Of a stretch of 64,000 bases of DNA, positions 32,386 through 41,871 are shown piece after piece. The translations under genes and the position numbers were made by a program. Where the stretch lies: assembly GCA_963707505.1 (NCBI GenBank), contig CAVPQB010000004.1, positions 1,312,001-1,376,000 of the forward strand, written 5' to 3'. The notes beneath the pieces are model-generated. The model was not told the origin of the DNA. It ran no database searches and saw only the letters and a program-made list of their open reading frames with translations. This DNA is from an uncultured Gemmatimonadales bacterium. Lineage in GTDB: Bacteria; Gemmatimonadota; Gemmatimonadetes; Gemmatimonadales; Gemmatimonadaceae. Every line of letters starts with the position of its first letter. Position 1 is the first letter of the stretch.

Positions 32386-33488
32386 GGCTGCGCCGGGTTG
32401 TGGTCGCCGCCGCCGAGGTTGGGAACGGTAAAGCTGGCCTGCACGTACGCGCCGTTGGACCAGTCGTACGTCTCGAACCGCTCGCGCCGATATTCCGCCT
32501 TGAGCGCGGCGAACGAGGTGAAATCGTAGCGCACTCCCGCGATCCCGCCGTCGTAGCCAAGTTTCAGCGGCGCGAAGATCACGTCACCTGCCCCAATCGT
32601 CGTACGCTCGGCGCGTACGTACGGTTTCCATTGCGCTGCCGCGCCCGTGAGACGATACGCAAGCTGCACGTAGCCCGCGTGACTGTGCGTCGTGGCGCCG
32701 CCAGTAACTGGAGTGTGGTCGATCATCGCGTATTCCGCGATGAATTCCGGACGCTCACGCTGCCACGCAACGTATGCGGATGAGATTCCCTCCGTGGCAC
32801 TCGGCCCACTCGTCTCGCTTACGCGATCGTGATAGTAATCAACGCCGACCTGCATTCCGAACAGTGCTGAGGGACGTGCGGAGAGCGCCAGCGTCCATGC
32901 GCGATTTCCATTCACGTCACCCGCATCGCCAGCGCGCGAGATCACGCTGCCGCGTCCGTTACCGACGCCGGCCATGTACTGCAGACCGAGCTCGTCCAAC
33001 AGAAGGTTGCCCTCGGCGAATGCGCCAACGAAGTGCGTGGGGATAAGCTGACTGCCGAACTTGATCATCTCCGGGCGCGATACCGTGGTCTGCAACCAGG
33101 TGCCATGGTGGAACGCCGTGTTCCAGTACCCAACCGGCGTGTGGTAGCGGCCGACCGACAGCTTTACCGCATCGCTGAAGTCGTAACGCAGGATTGAGCG
33201 CTCGACCTCGAAGGCGTAACCCGTAGGCTGCGCTGTGGCGCTGAATTCACCGAAGTAGTTGAGCCGATCGTTGAACGAGACGATGACGTGCCCGACCATC
33301 TGCCCGAGCTGGAATCCTGCCGGGATCTTTCGGTCTGTGGCGACGTACGTCGCGTCACCGAAAAGCATCGCGCGCACGACCGGCATGGACGGCGGCGCGG
33401 GCTGACTTGATGTGGTATCCTGCGCATGCGCCCGAGGCACAGCCGCGAGGAATATCGTTACAACTGCAACCGCGAGCGGTTTGCGCAT
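32382..33488 (-). CDS. Outer-membrane porin-like protein
   Basis: Signal peptide, VERSILRY, GRYHTPVGYWN, beta strands ending in YVQASF. Confidence 0.7.
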   Translation of the reverse strand: MRKPLAVAVVTIFLAAVPRAHAQDTTSSQPAPPSMPVVRAMLFGDATYVATDRKIPAGFQLGQMVGHVIVSFNDRLNYFGEFSATAQPTGYAFEVERSILRYDFSDAVKLSVGRYHTPVGYWNTAFHHGTWLQTTVSRPEMIKFGSQLIPTHFVGAFAEGNLLLDELGLQYMAGVGNGRGSVISRAGDAGDVNGNRAWTLALSARPSALFGMQVGVDYYHDRVSETSGPSATEGISSAYVAWQRERPEFIAEYAMIDHTPVTGGATTHSHAGYVQLAYRLTGAAAQWKPYVRAERTTIGAGDVIFAPLKLGYDGGIAGVRYDFTSFAALKAEYRRERFETYDWSNGAYVQASFTVPNLGGGDHNPAQP

Positions 33489-33570
33489 GTACGGAGACGA
33501 ATGTGAGGCTTCTTACCCGTCGCTAACTTACCGGTGCCCCGTGCCGGCGGCAAGCCGCCGGAGTCAACTA

Positions 33571-34107
33571 CTACGGATTGGGGTCCTGCGGGTCGCCGTT
33601 CGCACCACGCTGCATCTCGCGGATACGCTGCCGAATCTGCGCCTGAAGTCCAACATACTGCGCAACCTGCACAGGGGTCATGAAGCTGGAAAGCTGCTGC
33701 TGCTCGTCCTGCTGCAACGCGAAGCGTTTTCCCTGAAGGTCGTGGGCCTGCGCCATGAGCTGCGCAACCTTCGCCTGGTCGGCCGAGCTCCCCTTGCCCA
33801 TCTCGTCACGCAGATTCATGCGAACCGCCCGCTCCTGCTGCAGCAGAGCGTTACGCTGGCCGCCGATGTTGGCATTGACCGAGCGCAGGCGGTTGACCTG
33901 ATCGTCGCTCAGGTTGAGCCGCTGCCGAACGATCTGCTCGCTGCGCTGGCGGAACTGCTGCTCGAGCGCCTGCCTGTGTGGCTGGACGCCCTGGGCCGGC
34001 GCGGGACGCATCGGGCGTATGCGACGGCCCTGGGCACTCGCGGTCGTGGCGCCGGTGACGCTCGTCACGCACAGTATCGCGGCCGTCATGAGGGTAGCTA
34101 CTCTCAT
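33571..34107 (-). CDS. Spy/CpxP-like periplasmic protein
   Basis: Signal peptide and LTxxQ-like LNLSDDQ and FMTPVQ motifs; Q/R-rich helices. Confidence 0.7.
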   Translation of the reverse strand: MRVATLMTAAILCVTSVTGATTASAQGRRIRPMRPAPAQGVQPHRQALEQQFRQRSEQIVRQRLNLSDDQVNRLRSVNANIGGQRNALLQQERAVRMNLRDEMGKGSSADQAKVAQLMAQAHDLQGKRFALQQDEQQQLSSFMTPVQVAQYVGLQAQIRQRIREMQRGANGDPQDPNP

Positions 34108-34631
34108 GCCGAATCTCCCGCGCTTGCAGGCTCGGGCGCGTCTTCGAGCGCCGCCGGTGTGACTGACTCGGGATCAACCGTCGGCATCGCCTGAAGCTTG
34201 TCGAGATCACGCGTGAGCTGCGCCAGCCCGTCGTCGCTCAGATCGCTCGTGTTGACGAGCGCAAGCCCCTGACTCGCGACACCTGCAGGGCTATTCGTCG
34301 CTGGCGTGGCGCCGTTTCTGGAATTGTGGAGCGCGAACGTGGAGATCCCAACCGCACCGATCAGGCACGCAGCAGCAAGCTCCAGATAGACTCTGCGCAT
34401 GCTCGTCCGCTTGCGACGATACGGTGGGATTACGGCGACGATGCGTGCAACGTCCACGACCGGAACGACCGCACTGGCACGCACTGCGCGAATGATCGCG
34501 AGCTCCGCGGAGCAGTCGTCGCACACATCCAGGTGCTGTTGCACCCGCACGCGCTCGACCTCCGGCAGCGTGCCGAGCATCAGCTCCGGCAACACTTCGC
34601 GAATCTCTATGTTCTCACAATCATTCATCAT
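34104..34631 (-). CDS. Zinc-binding (HxxxCxxC) transmembrane anti-sigma factor
   Basis: HLDVCDDC followed by one TM segment; overlaps the ECF stop. Confidence 0.85.
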   Translation of the reverse strand: MMNDCENIEIREVLPELMLGTLPEVERVRVQQHLDVCDDCSAELAIIRAVRASAVVPVVDVARIVAVIPPYRRKRTSMRRVYLELAAACLIGAVGISTFALHNSRNGATPATNSPAGVASQGLALVNTSDLSDDGLAQLTRDLDKLQAMPTVDPESVTPAALEDAPEPASAGDSA

Positions 34632-35181
34632 CGAGAAACTCCTTGACCGCGCGCATCGCGTTGTGGTAGTGGACGCGCGCTGCGCCCTCCGTACTCCCAA
34701 CCAGCTCCGCGATCTCCTTATACGACAGCCCCTGTTCCAGCCGGAGCGTAAAGACCTCTTTCTGTTTCTGCGACAGTGCATCCACTGCCTGCCTTACCCG
34801 CACCATCGATTCGTCCGCGACCATCGTGTCCAGTGCATCGAACGTCGTAACCGCATCACCCTCTTCAACCGTCGCCACCATTCTACTTCGTCGCTCCGAT
34901 CGTCGCCGATCCAGTATCAGTCGTCGCGCAATGGTGAAAAGCCATGTTCGGAAGGCACTCTCGCCACGAAAGCTGTCGATCGCCGCAAACGCTCTTACGA
35001 AGGTATCCTGAACCACCTCATCGACGTTGTCGCGCTCTCCCTCGCCCGCCACGAAGCGCGCCAGCCCGGGAGCGTGCCGCTCGACCAGTCTTGTGGCCGC
35101 CATGCTTTCCCCGCTCCGCCATCGGCGAATGAGTTCCGCGTCAGTTGGTTCTTCGGCGACCGGCTGAGCAGTGACTTCCAC
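34621..35181 (-). CDS. ECF RNA polymerase sigma factor
   Basis: DEVVQDTFVRAF, FRTWLFTIARR, LSYKEIAELVG. Confidence 0.93.
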   Translation of the reverse strand: MEVTAQPVAEEPTDAELIRRWRSGESMAATRLVERHAPGLARFVAGEGERDNVDEVVQDTFVRAFAAIDSFRGESAFRTWLFTIARRLILDRRRSERRSRMVATVEEGDAVTTFDALDTMVADESMVRVRQAVDALSQKQKEVFTLRLEQGLSYKEIAELVGSTEGAARVHYHNAMRAVKEFLDDE

Positions 35182-35189
35182 ACGCTAAA

Positions 35190-35215
35190 TAGACGTCATG
35201 CGGCGACATATGTTA
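35190..35215 (-). promoter_or_regulatory. Candidate autoregulatory ECF promoter
   Basis: TAAC-16 nt-CGTCTA ending 8 nt before the GTG start; no SD. Confidence 0.5.
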
Positions 35216-35226
35216 AGTGGCAGCGG

Positions 35227-35279
35227 TTGACGGATTTACGTTCCCTGGCTAGCTTCTTTAGAACGACCGTTCGACGGTC
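35227..35279 (+). promoter_or_regulatory. sigma70 promoter plus palindromic operator of tetR
   Basis: TTGACG-17-TAGCTT (35227-35255) followed by GACCGT-tcg-ACGGTC (35265-35279). Confidence 0.6.
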
Positions 35280-35312
35280 AGGAACCCGCCAAGTCTCAAG
35301 AGGTACAGGACG

Positions 35313-35966
35313 ATGCCCGACGAAACAACGCCCAGCCCCGCCGACCCGACCGCAGCTCCAGCCGCAACTGCCCCGCGCGCGCCCAAACTGGAAACGCTCC
35401 TGGCCGCCGCCGCTACCACGTTCGCAACGCGTGGCTATAGCGGAACGAGCATGCGCGACATCGCGCACGATTCCGGCATCTCGCTATCCGGTATCTACTA
35501 TTACACCCGCGGCAAGTCATCGCTCCTCTACGAGATTCAGTCCCGCACCATCGACGCGCTCATCGCCTCGGCGGCCCAGGCGCTTTCCCGTGTTACCAAG
35601 CCGACTGACCAACTGCTCCAGTTCGTCGAGAATCACGTCTCGTATTCCAACGAGCACCCGGCTTTCGTGCGCGTGCTGTCGCACGAGACCGCGCCCGATG
35701 GCTCGGACGAGCGCCGCGAAGCGGTCGAGCTCAAGCGACAACAGTATGTCGATGTCTTGCGCGACATTCTCGACCGGGTGCGCCAGGAGTTCGAGGCGCC
35801 AGTCTCCACCGCATTCGCGGCCGACATGCTCTTCGCGATGATGAGCGGACCGCGCCAGTGGGGAGTGTCGGATACGGAGCTCAATGTCGGCATCGCGTCG
35901 CGGCTCATCTACGATCTGTTCGTGCACGGCTTCACCGGAGGCACTTCGCCGTCAAGCCAGGCTTGA
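35313..35966 (+). CDS. TetR/AcrR-family regulator
   Basis: FATRGYSGTSMRDIAHDSGISLSGIYYY..K. Confidence 0.92.
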   Translation: MPDETTPSPADPTAAPAATAPRAPKLETLLAAAATTFATRGYSGTSMRDIAHDSGISLSGIYYYTRGKSSLLYEIQSRTIDALIASAAQALSRVTKPTDQLLQFVENHVSYSNEHPAFVRVLSHETAPDGSDERREAVELKRQQYVDVLRDILDRVRQEFEAPVSTAFAADMLFAMMSGPRQWGVSDTELNVGIASRLIYDLFVHGFTGGTSPSSQA

Positions 35967-36664
35967 TGGAGTTCATAGCGCACCGCGGAGCGCATGACGT
36001 TTTCACCGAGAACACGCTCGACGCATTCCAGCGAGCTGTCGATCTCGGATTCCACGGCGTCGAGCTGGACGTTCATGTAACCGCTGATGGCGTCTGTGTC
36101 GTCAATCACGACGAGTCGGTCGTAACGTCCAAGGTCGCGCTCTCCATTCGAGGCACCTACTACGACACGCTGCACGCCGCGGCCCCTCTTCTGCCGCGGC
36201 TCGATGCGGTTCTAGAGCTGGTCGCCGGAAAGGCCCACGCCTACGTCGAGATCAAGAACCGCGAGGTTGAGACGGAGCTTGCCGAAGTCATCCGGCGCAG
36301 CTCCGCCGAGGCGTCGGTCCACTCGTTCGATCACGAAGTGATCTTGCGCATGAGGCGGTTGTTGCCGCAACTTCGCACCGGGATTCTTCAAACCAGCCGG
36401 CTCGTGGACAGCGCCCATGCTCTCCGGGCCGCCGGCGCGACGGATCTCTGGCAGTGGCACGAGTTCGTCGATCGCGCACTGGTCGAGCAGGTAACGGCGG
36501 CCGGCGGAAGGGTGATTGTCTGGACTGCAAACACCCCTTCGGAATGGCGCGTGTTCGACGATCTGGGAGTCGCCGCAATCTGCACTGATCTGCCGATCAG
36601 CCCGACCTTGGCATCAACTCGAAGCACTCACACGCGAGGCTCATCTCTGGATGCGAACCACTAG
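35966..36664 (+). CDS. Glycerophosphodiester phosphodiesterase
   Basis: IAHRG, ENTL, ELDV, HD, VEIK, SFD, WTAN, TD. ATG overlaps the tetR TGA. Confidence 0.9.
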   Translation: MEFIAHRGAHDVFTENTLDAFQRAVDLGFHGVELDVHVTADGVCVVNHDESVVTSKVALSIRGTYYDTLHAAAPLLPRLDAVLELVAGKAHAYVEIKNREVETELAEVIRRSSAEASVHSFDHEVILRMRRLLPQLRTGILQTSRLVDSAHALRAAGATDLWQWHEFVDRALVEQVTAAGGRVIVWTANTPSEWRVFDDLGVAAICTDLPISPTLASTRSTHTRGSSLDANH

Positions 36665-38123
36665 TCTCTTTCTTCTCTGCGCTGCGGGAGTGGCATGCGC
36701 GCACAATCCGGCACCGACGCCAGCTGCGTCGCCGTCGAGCAGTGCGCCATCCACTTCCTCTACGGCCAGCGCCACGACAAGCGCCACCTCGGCGCGCGAC
36801 AGCGCCGGCAAGCCGGGAATCGGCGCGCTATCGCTACCGAATGCGAATCCGTTTCCGAGCACGTACGTTCCCTTCCCGTCACACACGACGCTGATCAGGA
36901 ACGCAACAATAATGACCGCCGCGGGCCCGACGATGCAGAACGCGTCGATCCTGCTGCGCGACGGCAAGATCGTCTCGGTCGGAACTTCCGTCACAGCACC
37001 CGCAGACGCCGTTGTGATCGATGGCACGGGCAAGTACGTGACGCCAGGAATCATCGACGTACACTCTCACCTCGGCGTTTACGCAGCGCCCGGCGGCGGC
37101 GGGCTCAATGACGGCAACGAGGCCACCAATCCGAACACGTCATATGTCTGGGCTGAGCATTCGGTATGGCCGCAGGATCCGCAGTTCCCGCGCATCCTCG
37201 CGGGCGGTGTCACGACCGTCCAGATCCTTCCCGGCTCGGCAAATCTTTTCGGCGGCCGCAGCGCGATCCTGAAGGTCGTACCATCGCGCACGGTACAGGG
37301 AATGAAGTTTCCCGGCGCCAAGTACGGCGTGAAGATGGCATGCGGCGAGAACCCCAAGCGTGTTTACGCTTCGCGCGGGCCGTCAACCCGTATGGGGAAC
37401 GTCGCGGGTTATCGCACGGCGTACATTCAGGCCGCCGAATACCGCCGCAAGTGGGACGAATGGAACGCGAACCACAAGGGGCCGCCGCCAGCGCGCGACC
37501 TCGGCCAGGAAACGCTCGCCGAAGTATTGCGCGGCGACATTCTTCCACAGATGCACTGCTACCGCGCCGACGAGATGGCGCAGATGCTCGATGTCGCGAA
37601 GGAATTCGGCTTCAAGATCCGCGCGTTCCATCACGCGGTCGAAGCGTACAAGATCGCCGACCTGCTTCGTGAGAACGGAACGGGCGCCGCGATGTGGGCC
37701 GACTGGGGCGGTTTCAAGGAAGAAGCGATGGACGGCATTCGCGCCAACATCGCACTGGTGGATGCGGCAGGTGCGAAGGCGATGATTCACTCCGACGATC
37801 CGTCCGGATCGCAGCGTCTCAATCAGGAAGTTGCAAAGGCGATGTACGCGGGTCGCGCCGCGGGGATCAACGTTACGGAAGACGAAGCGGTCAAGTGGAT
37901 GACCATCAATCCCGCATGGGCGCTCGAGCTGGACAACAGGATCGGCTCACTCGAGCCCGGTAAGGATGCCGATGTCGTGCTATGGAGCGGAGATCCGTTC
38001 AGCGTCTACACGAAAGCCGAGAAGGTCTGGATCGACGGCGCGATGTTGTTCAACCGTGACGACCCAGCACAGAACTGGCGCACCGACTTCGACCTGGGCT
38101 ATGTGAAGGGAGAATCCCGCTGA
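36651..38123 (+). CDS. Amidohydrolase-family lipoprotein, metal ligands intact
   Basis: GVAC lipobox, PGIIDVHSH, KMACGEN, MHCY, FHHA, HSDD, GSLEPGKDAD. Confidence 0.88.
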   Translation: MRTTSLFLLCAAGVACAHNPAPTPAASPSSSAPSTSSTASATTSATSARDSAGKPGIGALSLPNANPFPSTYVPFPSHTTLIRNATIMTAAGPTMQNASILLRDGKIVSVGTSVTAPADAVVIDGTGKYVTPGIIDVHSHLGVYAAPGGGGLNDGNEATNPNTSYVWAEHSVWPQDPQFPRILAGGVTTVQILPGSANLFGGRSAILKVVPSRTVQGMKFPGAKYGVKMACGENPKRVYASRGPSTRMGNVAGYRTAYIQAAEYRRKWDEWNANHKGPPPARDLGQETLAEVLRGDILPQMHCYRADEMAQMLDVAKEFGFKIRAFHHAVEAYKIADLLRENGTGAAMWADWGGFKEEAMDGIRANIALVDAAGAKAMIHSDDPSGSQRLNQEVAKAMYAGRAAGINVTEDEAVKWMTINPAWALELDNRIGSLEPGKDADVVLWSGDPFSVYTKAEKVWIDGAMLFNRDDPAQNWRTDFDLGYVKGESR

Positions 38124-39403
38124 TGAAAAAGCAACTTCTATTTGCCGCGTGCGTGACGTTCGTTACCGTCGCGGCGGCACATGCGCAGACAGTCGCGATC
38201 ACTGGCGGAACCGTGTATCCGGTGAGTGGTCCGGCGATTCAGAATGGTACGGTACTGATGCGCGATGGCAAGATCGTCGCGGTCGGTGCTGACGTGGCGG
38301 TTCCCGCCGGCGCGCAACGCATCGACGCGACCGGCAAGATCGTGACGCCGGGATTCATCGATGCATCGACTACGCTTGGTCTGGTCGAGATTGGCGGTGA
38401 GCCGAGCACGCGCGATGCCAACGCGAAGGGAACGGACGCAATCGCAGCCTCGTTCCGTTCGTGGGACGGACTCAACTCTGAGTCTGTGAACTGGGCACCC
38501 GCGCGCAATGAAGGTGTCACCAGTGCTGTAGTGCTGCCCGGCGGCGGTCTGGTATCCGGAGGAGCCGCAATGGTCGATCTGGCCGATGGCACTGCGGCGC
38601 AGATGATCCGGCGGGCACCCGTCGCGATGATCGCACAGATCGACAATCCGCGCAGCGCGCAGACTGGCGCCCGGGGCGAGCTGATCGGCAAGCTGCGGAA
38701 CCTCATCGAGGACGTGAAGTTCTACCAGGCTCACAGGGCGGACTACGACCGTTCCGCGACACGCAGCCTCACCGCACCGCGCGTGGATCTGGAAGCAATG
38801 ATCCCGGTCGTGGAAGGCAAGCTGCCGCTCGCGATCGAAGCCGAGCGCGTGGACGACATACAGGCAGCGCTCCGGCTCGCGAAGGAGTTCAACCTCAAGA
38901 TCATCATCATGGGGGGCGCCGAAGCATGGCTCGCTGCCAATGACCTCGCGGCGGCGCACGTGCCGGTCGTTGCGGGCGCGATGAACAACATCCCGAGCAG
39001 CTTCGAGACACTGAACCAGCGTCAGGAGAATCTTGGAATCCTGAGCAAGGCTGGCGTCACCACGGCGATCGTCGGGAACAACGGCGACGGCGACGAGGAG
39101 CTGTTCAACGTGCGCAACATCAAGTACGAGGCCGGTAACGCAGTTGCCTACGGCATGACGCACGATGCGGCGTTGCGCGCCGTGACGCTCGCGCCGGCCG
39201 AGATGTTCGGCGTCGCAGATCACGTCGGCTCGCTGCAACCGGGGCGCGACGCGAACGTGGTGATCTGGAGCGGCGACCCGTTCGAGTTCTCGACGCACGC
39301 GGAGCACGTGTACATCCACGGCCGCGACGTGATCGCGCCGAGCCGGCAGGACATGCTGACTCAGCGGTACAAGACGCTCCCGCCGAAGTATTCGCAGCCG
39401 TGA
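38123..39403 (+). CDS. Secreted amidohydrolase-fold protein, metal ligands lost
   Basis: PGFIDASTT (no HxH), IEAER, GGAEA and GSLQPGRDAN; signal peptide. Confidence 0.85.
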   Translation: MKKQLLFAACVTFVTVAAAHAQTVAITGGTVYPVSGPAIQNGTVLMRDGKIVAVGADVAVPAGAQRIDATGKIVTPGFIDASTTLGLVEIGGEPSTRDANAKGTDAIAASFRSWDGLNSESVNWAPARNEGVTSAVVLPGGGLVSGGAAMVDLADGTAAQMIRRAPVAMIAQIDNPRSAQTGARGELIGKLRNLIEDVKFYQAHRADYDRSATRSLTAPRVDLEAMIPVVEGKLPLAIEAERVDDIQAALRLAKEFNLKIIIMGGAEAWLAANDLAAAHVPVVAGAMNNIPSSFETLNQRQENLGILSKAGVTTAIVGNNGDGDEELFNVRNIKYEAGNAVAYGMTHDAALRAVTLAPAEMFGVADHVGSLQPGRDANVVIWSGDPFEFSTHAEHVYIHGRDVIAPSRQDMLTQRYKTLPPKYSQP

Positions 39404-39427
39404 GCCACGCTACACGGTAAGTATTCG

Positions 39428-39460
39428 AGAAGGCCGCCTTCGATACGAGGGCGGCCTTCT
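39428..39460 (+). terminator. Probable intrinsic terminator
   Basis: AGAAGGCCGCC / GGCGGCCTTCT hairpin just after the stop. Confidence 0.6.
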
Positions 39461-39481
39461 TCATGACCGGGACGAGAATCG

Positions 39482-41080
39482 ATGCAGCAAAAGACTCTTC
39501 TGATCGCAGCGCTGTGCGTTGCTGCTCCCTGCAGCGCGCAGCGCATTTCCAAGCCAGCCTCATCGCCGTCGAAAGCAGCCTCTGCTTCCGGTGATGCGGC
39601 GACGCTCCGCATCGGAGCGCAACGATACCGCCGTTCCCACGAAGCGACGATCCTGCGCGAGTTCTCGGATCTTCTCGCGCTGCCGAACGTCGCCTCCGAC
39701 CATCGGAACATCCGCCGCAATGCAGACATGCTTGTAGCGATGCTCAGGAAGCGAGGAGTCGATGCACGCACGCTCGAGCTGGAGGGCGCGTCGCCGGCGG
39801 TGTACGGCGTACTCACAGCGCCGGGCGCGACGCACACCGTCATTCTGTATGCGCACTATGACGGCCAGCCTGTCACCGCGTCGCAATGGGCGACGCCGCC
39901 GTGGTCGCCTACCCTTCGCGACAAATCATTTGCTGAGGGTGGAAAGGCGATCGCGTTTCCTGTGGACAATACGGCGCGCGTCAGCGGCGAGGCGCGCATC
40001 TACGCGCGGTCATCCGGCGACGACAAGGCAAGCATCGTCGCGATGCTTACGGCCCTCGACGCATTGCATGCGAGCGGGCGCAAGCCATCGGTGAACATAA
40101 AATTTCTTTTCGAGGGCGAGGAGGAAGCTGGCTCCCCTCACCTGCTCGCGATCCTGCAGCGCTATCACGAGCTGCTGACGGGTGACGTGCTATTGCTGTG
40201 TGACGGGCCCGAGCATCAGAGCGGCAAGCAGCAGTTGCTCTTTGGTGTACGTGGCACGGCGAGCATGGAGCTCACCGTTTATGGCGCCACGGCTGCGCTG
40301 CACAGCGGACACTACGGCAACTGGGCGCCCAATCCTGGCGCAATGCTCGCGAACCTCATCGCCAGCATGCGTGATGACGACGGCCACATCAGGATCGCCG
40401 GCTTCTACGACGACGTCGCGCCTGTCTCACGTGCGGAGGAGGCTGCGATCAGAGCCGTGCCGCCGATCGATTCCGCGCTGCGCCGCTCGTTCGGGCTCGC
40501 CCGAACGGAAGACAACAACGCTCCGCTCGCCGAGCGACTCATGGCTCCAGCGCTCAACGTGCGCGGGCTGAACTACGGCAGCGTTGGCGAGCACGCGGCG
40601 AATGTGATCTCGACGGAAGCGCACGCGTCCTTCGATTTCCGGCTCGTTCCACGCGAAACCCCGGAGCACGTGCGCGAGCTGGTGGATGCGCACATCCGGA
40701 AGCAGGGTTACTTCGTTACCGGCGACAGCGTGACGACCGCAATGCGCCTGGCCCATCCGCGAATCGCACGCGTGGTGTGGGCGCCCGGTGGCTATCCCGC
40801 GAATCGCACCGCGATGGATTCGCCGGTCGCACGAGCCGTGATCGACGTCGCAGCCGACAGCACGGGGAAGCCGCCTGTAGTGTTGCCGACGATGGGTGCC
40901 AGTGCGCCGAGCTACATGTTCACGCAGGCGCTGCACGTACCGGTGATCATCGTGCCGATCGCCAATTACGACGACAACCAGCACGCCGCGAATGAGAATC
41001 TGCGCGTCCAGAATCTGTGGGATGGCGTCGAGCTGTACACGGAGATAATGGGCCGGCTCGGAACGGCAGAGTGGCGTTAG
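39482..41080 (+). CDS. Secreted M20 metallopeptidase
   Basis: YAHYDGQP, SGDDK, EGEEE, HSGHYG, QHAANEN. Confidence 0.9.
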   Translation: MQQKTLLIAALCVAAPCSAQRISKPASSPSKAASASGDAATLRIGAQRYRRSHEATILREFSDLLALPNVASDHRNIRRNADMLVAMLRKRGVDARTLELEGASPAVYGVLTAPGATHTVILYAHYDGQPVTASQWATPPWSPTLRDKSFAEGGKAIAFPVDNTARVSGEARIYARSSGDDKASIVAMLTALDALHASGRKPSVNIKFLFEGEEEAGSPHLLAILQRYHELLTGDVLLLCDGPEHQSGKQQLLFGVRGTASMELTVYGATAALHSGHYGNWAPNPGAMLANLIASMRDDDGHIRIAGFYDDVAPVSRAEEAAIRAVPPIDSALRRSFGLARTEDNNAPLAERLMAPALNVRGLNYGSVGEHAANVISTEAHASFDFRLVPRETPEHVRELVDAHIRKQGYFVTGDSVTTAMRLAHPRIARVVWAPGGYPANRTAMDSPVARAVIDVAADSTGKPPVVLPTMGASAPSYMFTQALHVPVIIVPIANYDDNQHAANENLRVQNLWDGVELYTEIMGRLGTAEWR

Positions 41081-41125
41081 GACATGGGCGATCCGTAGGC
41101 CCGCCCACATTTCCGTTCACCAATG

Positions 41126-41154
41126 AAAAAGGGTCCCGAAACGGGACCCTTTTC
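41126..41154. terminator. Bidirectional intrinsic terminator
   Basis: AAAAA-GGGTCCCG-AAA-CGGGACCC-TTTT between convergent genes. Confidence 0.88.
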
Positions 41155-41174
41155 AATCGCTGCAGAGTGCGCTA

Positions 41175-41453
41175 TTACGCAGTCGCCGTCTCGGCCTGCT
41201 GCTGAGGATAGACGCTGATCTTGTAGCGCGTCTTGCTCTTGTGCTCGAACTTCACGACGCCGTCGATGAGCGAGTAGATCGTGTAGTCGGAGCCGAGGCC
41301 GACGTTGCGGCCCGGGTGCCACTTGGTGCCGCACTGGCGGACGATGATGTTGCCCGCGACCACGCGCTCGCCACCGAACTTCTTGACGCCACGGTACTGC
41401 GCGTTGCTGTCGCGACCGTTGCGAGTGGATCCTACGCCCTTTTTATGTGCCAT
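41175..41453 (-). CDS. rpmA: 50S ribosomal protein L27
   Basis: [16 protein letters not shown]. Confidence 0.98.
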   Translation of the reverse strand: MAHKKGVGSTRNGRDSNAQYRGVKKFGGERVVAGNIIVRQCGTKWHPGRNVGLGSDYTIYSLIDGVVKFEHKSKTRYKISVYPQQQAETATA

Positions 41454-41466
41454 GTTTTTCTAAGCC

Positions 41467-41784
41467 TCAGGCGAGTGTGATGTCGCCGATCTTGATCTCG
41501 GTGAAGCCCTGACGATGTCCCTGCTTGCGCGCGTAGTTCTTGCGGCGCTTCTGCTTGAAGACGATGATCTTCTCGCCGCGGCCGTGCTTGACGATCTCGG
41601 CGGCGACTGACGCGCCCTTGAGGGCCGGCACGCCGACGTGGGTGTTCTTGTCATCGCTGCCGAGCAGCACGTCGGAGAACGTGACTTTGGCTCCGGCGTC
41701 GCCGACAAGCGTGGGGATTCTGTAGGTTTTGCCGGGCTCGACGCGAAACTGCTTGCCGCCGGTTCGGATGATAGCGTATGGCAT
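41467..41784 (-). CDS. rplU: 50S ribosomal protein L21
   Basis: YAIIRTGGKQFRV..GHRQ. Confidence 0.98.
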   Translation of the reverse strand: MPYAIIRTGGKQFRVEPGKTYRIPTLVGDAGAKVTFSDVLLGSDDKNTHVGVPALKGASVAAEIVKHGRGEKIIVFKQKRRKNYARKQGHRQGFTEIKIGDITLA

Positions 41785-41871
41785 GGAATCGTATTGGTTT
41801 TGGTGCAGCCTTTAAGTATAGCAACCCCGCTGGCGAAACGGTAGGGCGTCGGGATATCCGCGCCCCACACC

